Shown here: piece after piece, positions 37,738 through 51,569 of the stretch
Layout: every line of letters begins with the position of its first letter
Numbering within the stretch: position 1 is the stretch's first letter
From: Octopus sinensis
Lineage: Eukaryota
DNA: 64,000 bases
NCBI RefSeq assembly: GCF_006345805.1
Contig: NC_042999.1
Span: forward strand, 68,944,001 to 69,008,000
Direction: 5' to 3'
The notes under the pieces: generated by a model
The model's database searches: none
Seen by the model: only the letters and a program-made list of their open reading frames with translations
Told to the model about the DNA's origin: nothing
Program-made: the position numbers and the translations under genes

Positions 37738-40345
37738 TAATTTGAATTCTTTTAGTAATACGGCCCACCTGATGATGAGCTATATCTCATGCGGCCGACA
37801 CGCTTCTTGGAAAAGTTTACGCATGCCCGATCTAATTCCAGCAACAAGACATAGCTTGAATGTTCGAAGATGTGTGAGACTGTATAGAGGTAAACTACCT
37901 GTGGAACTCTACGGCAGTAGTTCTGTCAGAGTTGTTTCCCTTCGCCTCCAACTATCTCGAGCGCTGAGAAAACAGCGAAATTAATTGACCTTAAAGCTGA
38001 CGATCAATAAATACTTTCGACTATAGACAGAACGCCTGAAATTTTGCAGGGAAGGGTTAGACGATTACATCTGGCTCCGTCGCCTGACTTTCAGAGGGCC
38101 CCTGCAACTTTTTGTTTCAAAGCTACATCCCTTCAATCAAAATTCATGATCTACGCATCTTTTATTCATAGCTATAGTTTACTTTATTCTATTTGAAGCT
38201 CCATATTTCACGTTATCCTAAAGAACATCTTTTAAAAGTTCGACAAGTTAAATCTATTCAGATCTATTCCAAATTTCAACAAGTAAAGCTTCCAGATATG
38301 AATAAAAAGAGCATTTTTATAATCCAGGCAACTTTCAAAGACAAACATGGCGCACTTTTCGCTTTGCGAAATCATTGATCAGTTCAGAATAATCAAGCTG
38401 AGAGTTAAGTTTGTGTTCAACAGCTATCATAGAAAATCCACAAAGTCTGGTACACATCCGTGGTACAATGTAATATTTTTACAAGAACTTTTGCAGATAA
38501 ATGTATTACCATTTTATTTCTTGAAATTTTCAGATAACATAGTTTAATTCTTGTTCGACATCTTAACCAATGAAAATAGATGACTTATCTACGTACTTTA
38601 ATCTTAACATGGAGCCCCTCAACCGCAGGGGATGCAGGGGCTTTGCGTCGGCTCTGATTACATCGACCCCAGTACTCAACTGGTATTTGTTTTATCGACC
38701 TCGAAAGGATGGAAGATATAGTCGATCCCGACGGGATTTGAACTCAGGGCGTAAAGACGGACGAAAAGTTGCTAAGTATTTCATCCAGTGTACAAACAAT
38801 TTTGCTTTAATGGTATCTTTTTCAGACACAAGGCCAGCATTCTGCCCTTTTATCAAGCTTTGTTTTTTTATCCTTTCAAGGTGTCCTATCACCTTTCTCA
38901 CTAAGCCAGTTTAGTGGGGTTGCCAGTTTAGTCGCCAACGACCCGACCATGCAATAGTTTGTACTGAATTACATTACCAATAGCGGTCTCATACATACAT
39001 ACATACCAGGGACATGCCGCTTAGGTAGGCAAGGTAGGTAGTGCCTACCCTGAATGAAATAGATCGATAGTAACATTTTCTTTTTATGGCAAAATATGCA
39101 CCGAATTCAATAAAATTATGAAGGTTACTCTGATTATTATGCATAAAATACAAAATATTTTCTGTTTTATTAGATATGCATAATTCGCTCCTGCTGTTCA
39201 ATTTCAGTATTTAATCTACGCAAAGTACTGCTGTAGTACACGTGCTGTGTACACTCCTACCACACCGTTTTCTTTACGTGCTATAAAGGCAGAAATAAAT
39301 CTGCCTTCAACTCAGTCGTGCACGCTTGTATTGCCTGTGTTTCGCTTTTGTGTGTGTGTGTTTTACTACATAAATGTCACCAACTGCCTACTCTGAGTAA
39401 ATTACTGACGGCACATGCTTGATACATACATACATACATACATACATACATACATACATACATACATACATACATACATACATACATACATACATACATA
39501 CATACATTCCCTTAGTAACCAGCATCAAAGGTACATTAGGTTATATACCAACAAATCTGCACAAAAACCTATAAACACTCGGTCTCACGGCAAAAAAGAA
39601 AGAGCAAAAGAAACTGATACGGATTCTCCAAATCCAATCTATTAGCGACACAGTGGAGATTTCTAAGACATTCCAAAGATTCTCCATGTGAGATTTTTAT
39701 ATGAAGAGATGTACACACTTGGGTGTGTGAATCGAGAGTTCAAGCTACAAACCAACTCAACCACATATGTAACATACAGCTTAAATACCAATCTTGAGAA
39801 AATAGGCTTCTCAAAAGCAGAAAAGAGAGAGCTAATTCGAAGACTACAGATCCAAGCCTCTAAACCTGCCAAATAGTATGAAGAGGTTATCTCCCTTGTA
39901 TGCAATAAATTGAATTTCTTTTGATTTTGTAGTTAGTGATATGAAAATGTGGGTAAATTAGTTGCTGTAGTTAGAGATTTATGGTAATAAACGCATCACT
40001 ACATACGTATATATATGAACAGAGACAGACATTAAAAAGTCATTTTAATTCTACAGAGGAAAGAAAATTTTTGAAATTTCCCAAAATCTACATTCTTAAA
40101 GGATTCTTCAAGTGAGAACTTTCACTGAATAATTTTTCTTACACTTTGAACAAAGTTTATACTGAAATTATTTTGTGTTTAACTAAAAAAAAAAGCGTAA
40201 CTTTGAAGAAATTGAAAAAAAAATTGCTTGAACCGAAATCTCTTTCGAGTTTAATTTAAAAATACATAAATTTTAAGAAATTGTTACTCTTACTACGATA
40301 TTCTACCTTAGAATTAATTATTGCGAATATCAGTGCCCAAAAATA

Positions 40346-41462
40346 ATGAATCACTACCGAAAAAGAAAACTGAAGCAATCATTGCTGAATTTCCAATCTG
40401 ATTCATCTAATAATGCTAAGCAAAGAGAATTGCAAACGTAGTTTCGCAGCTCAAGGGAGGTTTTGCAATGTCTTTGACACCCTCATTGGATGATCTAGGA
40501 CAGGTCGACTACCAACCAGTGCAGCCAATTCTAGCAAAGTTTGATCCAAAACTTTATGGAAATCAGAGACGTCACTTCTCGTCAAGCTGGTATACTGGTC
40601 ATCCATGGTTAGAGTATTCTCTTTCAAAGAAAGCTTTGTTTTGTTTTGTTTGTCGGCACTTTAATACTTCTGCTCAAGATGATATTGTTCTATGAAAAAT
40701 GGATATTCTAATTGGCATCACGCAAAAGAAAAAAACAACTGTTTAAATAAGCACGCAAACTCTGCATCCCATATCCAAGCTATGGTGACATGGAAGGAAC
40801 GCCAACAATGAGATTCTGAAACAAATGCGTCAATTTAATGTTATTGAGGAATGCATGTATCGAAAGGCTTGCGGGTCCCGACGTTTTTCAGATTATGTTG
40901 TTGAAGCCCTGGTACCAACACAAGATGACTGGATAACCTTTCACCGCAAAATTTATATCGCGATCATCGACGAAAGCTTGAGAGAGCCAGATAACAGATT
41001 TTCAGAGCAAAACGATAGTATATATTCTTCCTTGGCAAGTCTACTACCAACGTTCGAGACATTTTTAGATTTTGGTGCTTTTAAAACCTTTGAGCAATTT
41101 AGTTAATTGCGATAAATCGACCTTACTTTCTTAACTTACTGTGGCTAAAGCATACATTTCCAAACCAAATATGATGACACTGCTCGATATTTTTTGGATC
41201 TTTACGTATTGTACAGGATGCCTTTCCAAATGTTTATCTTTTGTATGGTTCACCATTAACATTTGGATCTAGCACAGCTACATGTGAATCATCGTTTTCG
41301 ACGCTAACTCGAATTATGATACCCTTTCGACGAAATGTGAAACACCAGCAAAAACCAAACCTCGTGATATTTGCTTCCCTTAATAAATACAAATCAAGTA
41401 TAGAGAAGGACGATTTTCTTAATTTTTTTGCCTTGCGTTGCCGTAGATTGCAGTTGTATTAG
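40346..41462 (+). pseudogene. Internally deleted hAT transposase (TTF zinc finger plus C-terminal dimerization region)
   Basis: RRHFSSSWYTGHPWLEYSLSKKALFCFVCRHF; LDNRFSE-like EPDNRFSEQN; STATCESSFSTLTRI. Confidence 0.85.
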
Positions 41463-41779
41463 ATAAATGTAACCTGATTTTATTTCGTGTTTTGAATTTT
41501 TTTGAGAGGTTTGTGTCGTACGACATAATAAAATAATACATTAATTCTGTTTAAGAGATAGTACTAGATGTTTGTCCGCTCACCGTTACTACTCGAACTC
41601 CCGAGTCGACACATTGCTCATGAGCGCTGACGGGTCCGTCAACCCATTGGCATTACTCTACCATATTTATCCTGGTGGACTAATCCATCCGTTCTACCTT
41701 GGGGGAGGGGGTCTGTTTCCACACAACAGAGACATAGTCAAATTTTGTAAACAGTACGGTTTTTAGAGTTCTGTTCAGC

Positions 41780-42245
41780 GGGTGTAATACAAAAGACCCT
41801 TAGGAAAAAAGCCCCCCTAAGACAAAAGCCCCTCAAACAAACCCCCATAGTTAAAGTATGAAAGTGTTTTGTTTTTGTTGTTTTTTTCACAACCGTGGTT
41901 TCTGTTTTTATTTATTTGAAATTATATAAAAAATAATGTTTAAAGATTTGGCTGTTATCTCTAGCATGTGCAAAGATCTTTTAGGCTTAACTATGTGCTT
42001 GTTGAAAATCATTTTTAAAAATATTGGAGTCGATACATTCGATTAAAAATTCTTCGAGGTGATGCCCCAGCATGGCCTCAGTTTAATGATTGCAACAAGT
42101 AAAATGAAAATAAAAACGAAATATATCAGAAATTTTGACCAGGCTACGCATCAAGAAATGTGGAAAAAAAACCCCCGAAAAATATAAGCATGGGGTTTTT
42201 GTCCACTTTCACACTTTTAAGTATGAGGCTTTTGTCCGTACCCCT
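41780..42245. mobile_element. DNA-transposon-like element with inverted subterminal ACAAAAGCCC motifs
   Basis: Repeated (G)ACAAAAGCCC at the left end and GGCTTTTGTCC / GGTTTTTGTCC at the right end. Confidence 0.45.
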
Positions 42246-42530
42246 GTTCAGCACCCCCAGCTATCAAGATAGCATCCCCTGTTGCAATCGGCTGGCTACG
42301 TGGCTGCACCCACATAGATTGTATATCCAATTTGGACCACCAAGAGCAACAGTTAAGCTCTGATCTTTGTGGATCTTAAAATGTCTCTTGAGGCTTCCGA
42401 TAGATTTGTAGACAGTATAGCATACACAGCATCGAAAGGTGTACACAGATATACATACATGCATACATACACATCCATCCATACATACATGCACATCCAG
42501 ACATACATACATGCACTTCCACACACACAC

Positions 42531-42573
<43 letters not shown>

Positions 42574-42697
42574 GTGCGCATCCGTGGTGTATCTCCGGCT
42601 GATTATAAACTCCATAGGAGAATATAGAGATTAGCATAAAAATGAATACTCACACACACACACACACACATACACATAGGCAGCAGACAGTTACAAT

Positions 42698-42743
<46 letters not shown>

Positions 42744-43364
42744 TATTTCTCCGGTTGATTATAAATTCCTTCAACGTTAGAAGTCGTTACTGTGGACACT
42801 GGACATGTCAGAACAGATATGAACACAACGTTTTCTCTCTTTCTCTCTTCTCTCAAGGTCTCACACTTCAGTGGACGAGTCACGGTCGGGTAGTAATGAC
42901 GTCCGTACTTATTCTCTCTTTCTCTCTCTCACTCTCTCTTCCTTTCTATTTCTCTCTTCTTCTCACCCCCCTCTCTCTCTCTCTCTCTCTCACGCACACA
43001 CACACACATAAGATTTTTTTTGTTAAGACCAATTCTTTCATTCTTTTTCTTTTACATGTTTCATTCATGTGACTGCGGCCATGCTGGAGCACCGCTTTCA
43101 GTCGAACAAATCGTAAGCCTAGAACTTATTCTATCGATCTCTTTTGCCGAACAGCTAAGTTACAGGGACGTAAACACACTAACATCGGTTATCAAACGAT
43201 GGTGGTAGGGGACAAGCACAGACACACACACACATAACCATGTGTTGAGAAGAATTCTTTCGAGTTTGGATAATTCACCTTTGGAAATATGAGTGTTTTG
43301 TTCATCATCCTTAAACAACGCCTTCATATTGTTAAAATGTAGTCCAAGATGGCCATCACTGGGA

Positions 43365-43735
43365 AGGCGACGAGCTGGCAGAAACGTTAGCACACCGGGC
43401 GAAATGCTTAGCGGTATTTCGTCTGCCGTTACGTTCTGCGTTCAAATTCCGCCGAGGTCGACTTTGCCTTTCATCCTTTCGGGGTCGATAAATTAAATAC
43501 CAGTTACGCACTGGGGTCGATGTAATCGACTTAATACCTATGTCTGTCCTTGTTTGTCCCCTCTGTGTTTAGCCCCTTGTGGGTAATAAAGAAATAGGTA
43601 TTTCGTCTGCCGTTACGTCCTGCGTTCAAATTCCGGCGAGGTCGACTTTGCCTTTCATCGTTTAGGAGTCGATAAATTAAGTACCAGTTACGCACTGGGG
43701 TCGATGTAATCGACTTAATCCCTTTGCCTGTCCTT
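43365..43735 (+). mobile_element. SINE family A dimer (head plus two body units)
   Basis: GGCGACGAGCTGGCAGAAACGTTAGC head; the body repeats after AAAGAAATAGGTATTTCGTCT. Confidence 0.9.
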
Positions 43736-43787
43736 TGATTACAGACCAGTTCAGTCTGAGTTAGCCTAGGGCTGAGCAAGAACAGCA

Positions 43788-44162
43788 GTGAAGGCGCAAT
43801 GGCCCAATGGTTAGGGCAGCGGACTCGCGGTGGGAGGATCGTAGTTTCGATTCCCAGACCGGGCGTTGTGTGTGTTTATTGAGCGAAAACACCTAAAGGC
43901 TCCACGAGGCTTCGGCAGGGGGTGGTGGCGACCCTGTTGTACTCTTTCGCTCCAACTTTCTCTCACTCTTTCTTCCTGTTTCTTGCCCCCGACTTCCTAC
44001 GTAACCGCTGAGCCTGGATGCGCATTCATCTATCCGTCGATATCGGGGGTTGACCTGCTTTCTCTTGTGCGGGTCTTACGAATAGCAAAGGACCACGTTT
44101 CGGACTTCTCCCACTACAGTTGCGCGATCTTGCGAGCTCTGGGACTAAGACCGCTTCGCTCA
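43788..44162 (+). mobile_element. SINE family D, copy 3
   Basis: GTGAAGGCGCAATGGCCCAATGGTTAGGGCAGCGG head; flanks GCAAGAACAGCA and GCAACAACAGCA. Confidence 0.9.
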
Positions 44163-44383
44163 ACAAACAAACAAAGCAACAACAGCAAAAACAAAACTGA
44201 TAAGCAGTCTTCTATAGACGCAGGTGCGCCTGTGAGGTAACATGTTTGCCTCCCAACCACATAGTTTTGGGTTCAGTCCCACTGCGGAGCCCCTTGGGAA
44301 AGTTTCTTCTACTACAGCCATGGGCCAACCAAACCCTCGTCAGTGGAGTTGGCAGACAGAAACTGAATGAAACCTGCCGCATA

Positions 44384-45545
44384 TATTGGGTTGAGACATA
44401 AATAATTTCCGATTTTGTTAAATATCTTTACTCATGAAAAAAATTTTACAAAGAACTATTTTCAATTATCAGTATAGCTGCCATTATTTGGAATGACCTC
44501 TTGCCATTTGTCAGATAAAATTTATCGAGTAAAATTCAGCTGGCCTCAACATGAAGAAGTTTTCCAAAGACATTTTCACCAGATTTTCTTGAGAATATTC
44601 TCCACCCCCATCAGAGCATTTTCTAGTGAGTGAAGAAGATGGAAATCAGTTGGTGCAAGATCCGGTGAATATGGTGGATGGAGCAGAACAGACCAGCGCA
44701 AATCCAACATTTTACCCTGCATGATACTTGCTGAATGCGGTCTTGCGTTATCATGGCGAAGCACAATGTTTTTCCAATTGACGAGTGCATGGCATTTTCT
44801 TAAAAGATTTTCCTGCACATGTTGCAACTGTTGAGAGTATATGCCAGCTTTAGTGTTTGATTACAGTTTAAAACCTCAAAATGAATAATACTGCGGTGAT
44901 TCCCCCATACACACAGCATAACCTTTCTTTCCATAGAGCTCGGCCTTTAAGATAAGTTGTGGAGATTTATCCTTGTCACTCCACTGTCTTTTGCATAGAT
45001 CATTGTCTTAAAAGACCCATTTTCCATCACCTGTAATGATATTACTGAGAAAGAGGTCATTGTTCTACTTTGAAAGAAGACTTGTCCCTATGGACAGTTG
45101 ATCTTCCCTATTCTTCTCACTCAGAGTAAAAGGGGGAACCCAATCACCCAACTTGCTGAGTTTTCCTATCTTTTCAAAGTGGCGCCAGATGGTGGATTGA
45201 GATGTGTTGAGGTCAACTGCTTATTCCTAAGTACTTTTGTAAGGACTGAATTTCCCAAATTTTCTTAAAGCATCATGGGCGAAGTCTGATGAGCGTCCTG
45301 GCGCAAAGTCTGATCTCAAAGCGTCATCTCTCAATAACAAATCTCAGGAGCGAAACTTTGAAAAACCAATTTCGCCACTTGCTGGTCAGTAATGACCTCT
45401 TGGCCATAAACACTGTATATTTTCTTAGCTGTTTCTGTAGCGTTTTTTCCATTCTCTTAAACTCTCACAACATCATATGGTGAATATGCACTTCCAGTTC
45501 ATCCATTTTAGGAGAGTGAAATTTAATATCAAACTATGATTTGCA
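44384..45545 (-). mobile_element. Decayed mariner
   Basis: ORF 44576..44827 contains HDNARPH and HPPYSPDLAPTDFHL. Confidence 0.9.
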
Positions 45546-45787
45546 CACTTTTACGGCTTAAATACGAATGACAGGTGAGGGTCTTTTAAAAACAGAAGTT
45601 TCCATTTCAATTTTAAACATCTGAAGTTCAAAATATGTCAAAACAATTTACTTCCAAAAATCAAAAATTACCTACGACTCAACCCAATACATATATGCAT
45701 GTGTGTGTGAGAGAGAGAGTGGGGGAGAGGGTGAGAGAGAGAGAGAGAGATCTCGTGTGTGTGTGCGTGCGCGTGTGTGTGTGTGCA

Positions 45788-45845
<58 letters not shown>

Positions 45846-46911
45846 CGTGCATGTGTGTGTATATCGTCTTGTAATTTTTATTTTGATTAAAGTTTTGTAC
45901 TTATTCTATCGTCGCTTCATTTTTTTTTTGCCGAACCGCTAAGTTGCGTGTGTATGTGTGTATGTGTGATCCCCATCAGTGCTTGACAACGGGTGTTGTC
46001 CCCGTAACTAAGGCCAGCCAAAGCCTCGTCTGTGGATTTGATAGATGGAAACTGAAAAGGAGCCCGCCGCGCGCACTACCTGACAACCGGTGTTGGTTTG
46101 TTAATGTTCACGTAACTTGGCCGTTCAGCAAAAAAAAAAAAAAAAATGAGAAGCGACGGTAGAATAAGCGCTAACCTTTAAACAAACAAAAAAAAAATCA
46201 AAAATCACAAGTCAATATATATATACGAGTAAACTCTACAAGACGGTGCTCTAGCATGACCACAATCAAATGGCTGAAACAAACAGAAGATAAGACGTAC
46301 ATACCCTCAGTAACAATTCATTCGATAACATAGGGTCTCTCCTCACTCCAATTTCACCAGTGGCCGTTAAATGCCATGGTCCTGTATCTTTCTTGCTGGT
46401 TTCCATTCTCCTTAATATGTTTATTACACAATACCAAATATAATAAACAGATTTGTATTCCCGATTATGTGGAAATAGACTTCACAACTTCACAAAATAA
46501 TCGGGTTTAAGTTTATGAGCAAACACCGTGTAGCCATAGAAACCCCGCTAATCGCCTTGAGTTGTCTCCCTTTAGGTATCTCAGCTGGAACATTTCTACG
46601 TGTTTTACGCCAGTCGATCTGTGTATGTATGTATGTATGTATGTATGTATGTATGTATGTATGTATGTATGTATGTATGTATGTATGTATGTATGTATGG
46701 ATGGATGGATGTGTGTATGTATGAATGGATGTATGAATACCTTTTATATATTTATACCGTTAATCCAGACGTTTCATTAATTTCTCTCTCCCTCTCCATC
46801 CTTCTCTCTCTCTCTCTCTCTTATTTTTTACCTTTCTCCATCTGGTTTCTCTCCTTATTCCTTTCTGTAGAAGAACGTTGGTTCAAATCGATAAATATAT
46901 ATATATATATA

Positions 46912-47395
46912 TTTATATTTTATCTAGTTTCAGCTCAAGAGCTGTGGCCATGCTGGGGCACCACCATTTGGTGTTTGCTAGATAATTTTACTTCACAAAT
47001 GCTTTTTATAGAATTGACATTTGGTGCATGAGACAGTTTGATGCAGCTGCCCTCATCTGCACTTCCTGCTGCTAAGTTTGTTCATCTTGACAGGAAGAGG
47101 TCCAGCTTTATTTTGAAGACACATACATCCACCCCATGCAGGTCTCTCAGGTCCTTCGGGAGGATATTGAAGAGCTGTGGACCTCTGAAGCCCAGGCTAT
47201 TGCAGTATCTTGTCCTACATCTTGGTGGCAAATGTGGAGTCCTTGGCACTATGCAGTGGTGCCCAGATCTAGTATTTGCATAACTCTTGATGCCAAAGTT
47301 TGGGACAAGTCCTTCTGGATCTTCCAGATGTATATTATGGCATATCTTTCTCGCCTACGCTCTAAGGAATAGAGTCTTAATCTCTTGAGTCTTTC
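46912..47395 (-). mobile_element. CR1/L2-like LINE 3' fragment, same family as 21336-21895
   Basis: Reverse complement aligns by eye along its length, with several CpG-to-TpG/CpA changes. Confidence 0.85.
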
Positions 47396-47559
47396 TCAAA
47401 TATGTATGTATATATATATATATATACATATATACATGTATATATGTATAAAACACTAAGTGGTATATGGGGGAGTGACTAACATTGTTTAGTTAAAGAA
47501 TGTATTTGCGTATTGTGTGTATATCAATGTTAGTTATGTGTGGATGTGTATGCATATAA

Positions 47560-47987
47560 CTAGACACATGATGATGGGCGTCCACACGTGACCGAGGAAG
47601 ACCATTGCCGACCTTCAGGAACATTGTGCGCTCTAGGACTAACTTATATTTTGCATTTGCGGCTCCGTTGGTGGCAAATGAGCCCTGCTCTTGACAAGCA
47701 TACACGACTGCAAACATTGCAGACCAAGCTTTCCCCATTCACTATACGAGCCGTGCGCTTTCGCACAGCTCGCTTAAGTTCTTCATGCTTGATACATGCT
47801 CTCTCAAAAGTGTTGATCCCCTCCTTAACCTGCTTCCTCCATCTGTGGCGATGACAGGCATTGTTCTCCCAGTCAGTGTCCTGCATATCAAAGACCTTTA
47901 ATGAGGACTTGACACAGTCCTTAAATCGCAGCCTTGGTTTCTGCCGGAGTCTCCTTCCATTCACAAGTTCTCCATAGATGAGGAAAC
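47560..47987 (-). mobile_element. RTE LINE 3' fragment with C-terminal zinc motif
   Basis: LIYGELVNGRR...KPRLRFKDCVKSSLK...RWRKQVKEG...CNVCSRVCLSRAGLICHQR. Confidence 0.85.
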
Positions 47988-48219
47988 TAGACACATATAT
48001 ATACATATACATGTACATTACACATATATAGGATGTGTATATGTCTGTGTGTTTGTATGTGTATGTGTAAGTGTGTATGTGTACATGCGCACATGCAAAA
48101 AGAAAACAAAAAGAAAACTCCAAGAAATAAGGAGAGGAACTCGGACAATTCTGAAGGTGCTCTGAAATCAAAGTTATTATGTTGACAGAGTCACATAAAG
48201 ACTAGATAACAATTACAGC

Positions 48220-48475
48220 CCACCACCACTGCCATCATCACCACCACCACCATCATCACCATCACCACCATCATCACCACCACCGTCACCACCATCATCA
48301 CCACCAACACCACCACTACCACCACCAGCACCGCCACCACCACCATCGCCACTACCACCACCAGCACTGCCACCACCACCACCACCACTACTCCTACCGT
48401 TGCCGCCACTGCCATCTCCAGATACTGTCATCACCACCACCACCACCACCACACCACCACCACCACCACACCACC

Positions 48476-48545
<70 letters not shown>

Positions 48546-48580
48546 GACAACAACAACACGACGACGACGACGACGACGAG
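48220..48580. repeat. (CAC/CAT)n then (CAA)n and (CGA)n trinucleotide tracts
   Basis: Direct reading. Confidence 0.95.
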
Positions 48581-48827
48581 AAGATACAACACTGTCAATA
48601 TGTTTTTCTTTCTAAGATGACTTCAGCTTTCTTCCATTGGCACCACCACCTCCACCACCACCATCCAGACCATTCTAACTACCATCCCTGACATCAGTGA
48701 AGCAAGTTCCCTCTCCATTTCCTTGCTTTCTGCTTATGCTGGCTCTCTATGAACTCTCTCTCTCTCAAGTTACGAAGCCTCTCTAAAGTACAATGATATA
48801 TTTCCTCATCATCATCAACAGCAGCAA

Positions 48828-49181
48828 GTGGAGGCACAATGGCCCAATGGTTAGGGCAGCGGACTTGCGGTTTCAATTCCCAGATCGGGCATTGTGTGTG
48901 TTTATTGAGCAAAAACACCTAAACCTCCACGAGCCTCCGGCAGGGGGTGGTAGCGACCCCTGTTGTACTCTTTCACCCAACTTTCTCTCACTCTTTCTTC
49001 CTGTTTCTTATCCCAGACTTCCTACGCAACCGCTGAGCCTGGATGCGCATTCATCCATCCGTTGATGCTCTCGGTGTCGGGGGTTGACCTGCTTTCTCTT
49101 CTGCGGGTCTTACAAATAGCAAAGGACCACGTTTCGGACTTCTCCCATCTTGCTAGCTCTGGAACGAAGACCGTTTGCTCA
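48828..49181 (+). mobile_element. SINE family D, copy 4 (CpG-decayed)
   Basis: Same family; about ten CpG-to-TpG/CpA changes versus the other copies; flanked by CAACAGCAGCA. Confidence 0.9.
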
Positions 49182-49569
49182 GCAGCAACAGCAGCAGCAG
49201 CAGCATCCTCATCTTCATTCAACATCAGAAAGGATTCCACAAGTTAGAGAATTGCTTGGAGCTCCAATGTCTACTTCGGACTATCTTCTATTTTTTTTTT
49301 GTATTTGTGTCAGTCATTCTTGCTGTGGCTATGCTACAGCATCACTATAAAGAACTTTTAGGCAAAAACTAATCAACTCCTGTGCTTCATCTTTTAAAGC
49401 CTGCTACTGATTTTACCGGTCTGTGTACTCTGGCATGCACCCCTAGCTTTCATTGCTATCTTTTCATAATTTATTGCTGTGTTCTGTCACCTCTTTTTAC
49501 ACTTTGCCAACATGCTGTAGTACACGTGAGCACTGTATACAATAAGCTCGTTATCATTATCACTATTAT

Positions 49570-51065
49570 TTATCGGGGTTGATTAAATAAGTACACTGGG
49601 GTCGATGTAATCAACTTAATCCCTTTGTCTATCCTTGTTTGTCCTCTCTGTGTTTAGCCCCTTGTGGGTGGTAGAGAAATAGGTATTTCGTCTGTCTTTA
49701 TGTTCTGAATTTAAATTCCGCCAAGGTTGATTTGCCTTTCATTCTTTCGGGGTTGATAAATTAAGTACCAGTTGCGTACTGGAGTTAATCTAAACCGCTA
49801 GCCCCCTCCCCCCAAATTTCAGGCCTTGTGCCTAGAGTAGAAAAGATTATTATTATTATTATTATAATTATTATTATTATTATTATTATCATTATTATTA
49901 TTATTATCTAAGGCAGTGAGCAGGTAGAATCGTTAGCACGCTGGATGAAATGCTTAGCAGTATTTCATCTGCCGCTGTGCTCTGAGTTCAAATTCTGCCA
50001 AGGCTGACTTTGCCTTTCATCCTTTGGGGTCAATAAGTACCAGTTATGCACTGGGGCTGATATAATCGACTAGACCCCTTCTCTCAAAATTTTCAAGGCC
50101 TTGTGCCTAGAGGAGAAAAGATTATTACTATTATTATTGAGTGAGAAAATAGTGCATGCCATCAAAGTGACACTGGGGTAAAATATATGAAGCCCAGTAT
50201 ACCCATCATAACTACCTGTCTGATAAGGGTACACCAGGCACATGCATCACAACCATATGTGCGCAACATGGTGATCTCATATCAAGATAAACAGCATCAT
50301 GACCTTGCAGGTGGAGTCCAGTTGGAATTTTCTTCTGGTTGAGTAACCCATCCCACTCAAAAGGTCCCTGAATAAGGGTTGTTTAAGGATGTTGAATGAA
50401 ACACCCCTGTTTCCAGAGGTGAATTATTCAAACCCCAAAGAATCCTTCTCAACACATGATGCTCCCCAACTACATCTGCTCATGATCAGAGATGCACATA
50501 TCGTCAGCCACTAAGGGACATGCTCAACTGGTTAAGGTCAAACAACTGACAAGCAAATCTGAGATATTGAGCAGAATATTTGCTGTAGCCCATCTTTTAT
50601 ACCAAGACAAAACATTGTACATGATAACACTTCCAATCAGTTAAGATCAGAAGCCATGAGAGCCACTGTCTGATACTCCATCAAGGCATTTTCATCGTCG
50701 TCGTCATGATGATGATAATGATGACGATGACAACGACTTTGCCTTTCACCCTTTTGTGGTCTATAAAATAAGAACCAGTTGAGTACTGGGGTTGATTTAA
50801 GCAACTTTTTCCCTCTTCCAAACTTGCTGGCCTTGTGCCAAAATCTGAAATCAGCAAACTGGTAGAATTGTTAGCATGCAGGGTGAAATGGTTAGTGGTA
50901 TTTCGTCCCTCTTTATGTTCTGAGTTCAAATTCTATCAAAGTTGACTTTGCTTTTCATCCTTTCAGGATTGATGAATTAAGTACCAGTGAAACACAGGGG
51001 TTGATGTAATCTACTAGTCCCTCACCCCAACAAATTTCAAGCCTTGTGCCTTTAGTAGAAAGGAT
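49570..51065. mobile_element. CpG-decayed family A SINEs around an (ATT)n-flanked dispersed repeat (~50140-50690)
   Basis: Family A cores at 49570-49850, 49908-50130 and 50720-51065. The middle segment resembles a repeat recalled from octopus DNA (not verified). Confidence 0.6.
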
Positions 51066-51099
51066 TGTTATTATAATAATTATTATTATTATTATTATT

Positions 51100-51530
51100 C
51101 AGTAGTTTTATTTTTATAACGTGCTTTCAGTTCGCTACCAAGCGCAGCTCTGTGTGCCTTGGGTATGTGCTGTGGCTTGTTGTGATGCTCTTATGATTAC
51201 TGTATTGAAAGTGTTTTGCATAGGATGTGTGCAGTGCCCAGTAGTGCAATTTTCTGTATGCTATATATATATTTGTTGGTCTTGGTGTTTTTGTTATGTA
51301 TTTGTCTGAAATTTTTTTATCATACCTAATGTGCCCACTATGATAGGAATTGTTTCTGTTTTTAGATTCCACATTCGAGTTACCTCTATTTCCAGGTCTT
51401 TATATTTTGAAAGTTTCTCCATTTCTTTTAGAGACACGTTGTCATCTGCTGGTATTGATACATCAATTAGAAAGCATTTTTTTTCTTCGTGATCTCTGAC
51501 AACTATATCTGGCCTATTGGCTGCTATCAT
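51100..51530 (-). mobile_element. 5'-truncated R4/Dong-type LINE (restriction-like endonuclease end)
   Basis: NRPDIVVRDHEEKKCFLIDVSIPADDNVSLKEMEKLSKYKDLEIEVTRMW...IIVGTLG, then IQKIALLGTAHIL; (ATT)n on both sides. Confidence 0.85.
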
Positions 51531-51569
51531 TGTTATTATTATTATTATTATTATCATTCAGTGGTTTCT

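Noticed and set aside
37766-37800. CTGATGA-TGAG ctatat CTCA hammerhead-like start
   Set aside because: GAAA is replaced by GCGG, and no stem I or III can be formed.
48191-48615. Gly-, His- and polyQ-rich ORFs
   Set aside because: Pure trinucleotide microsatellites with no flanking coding context.
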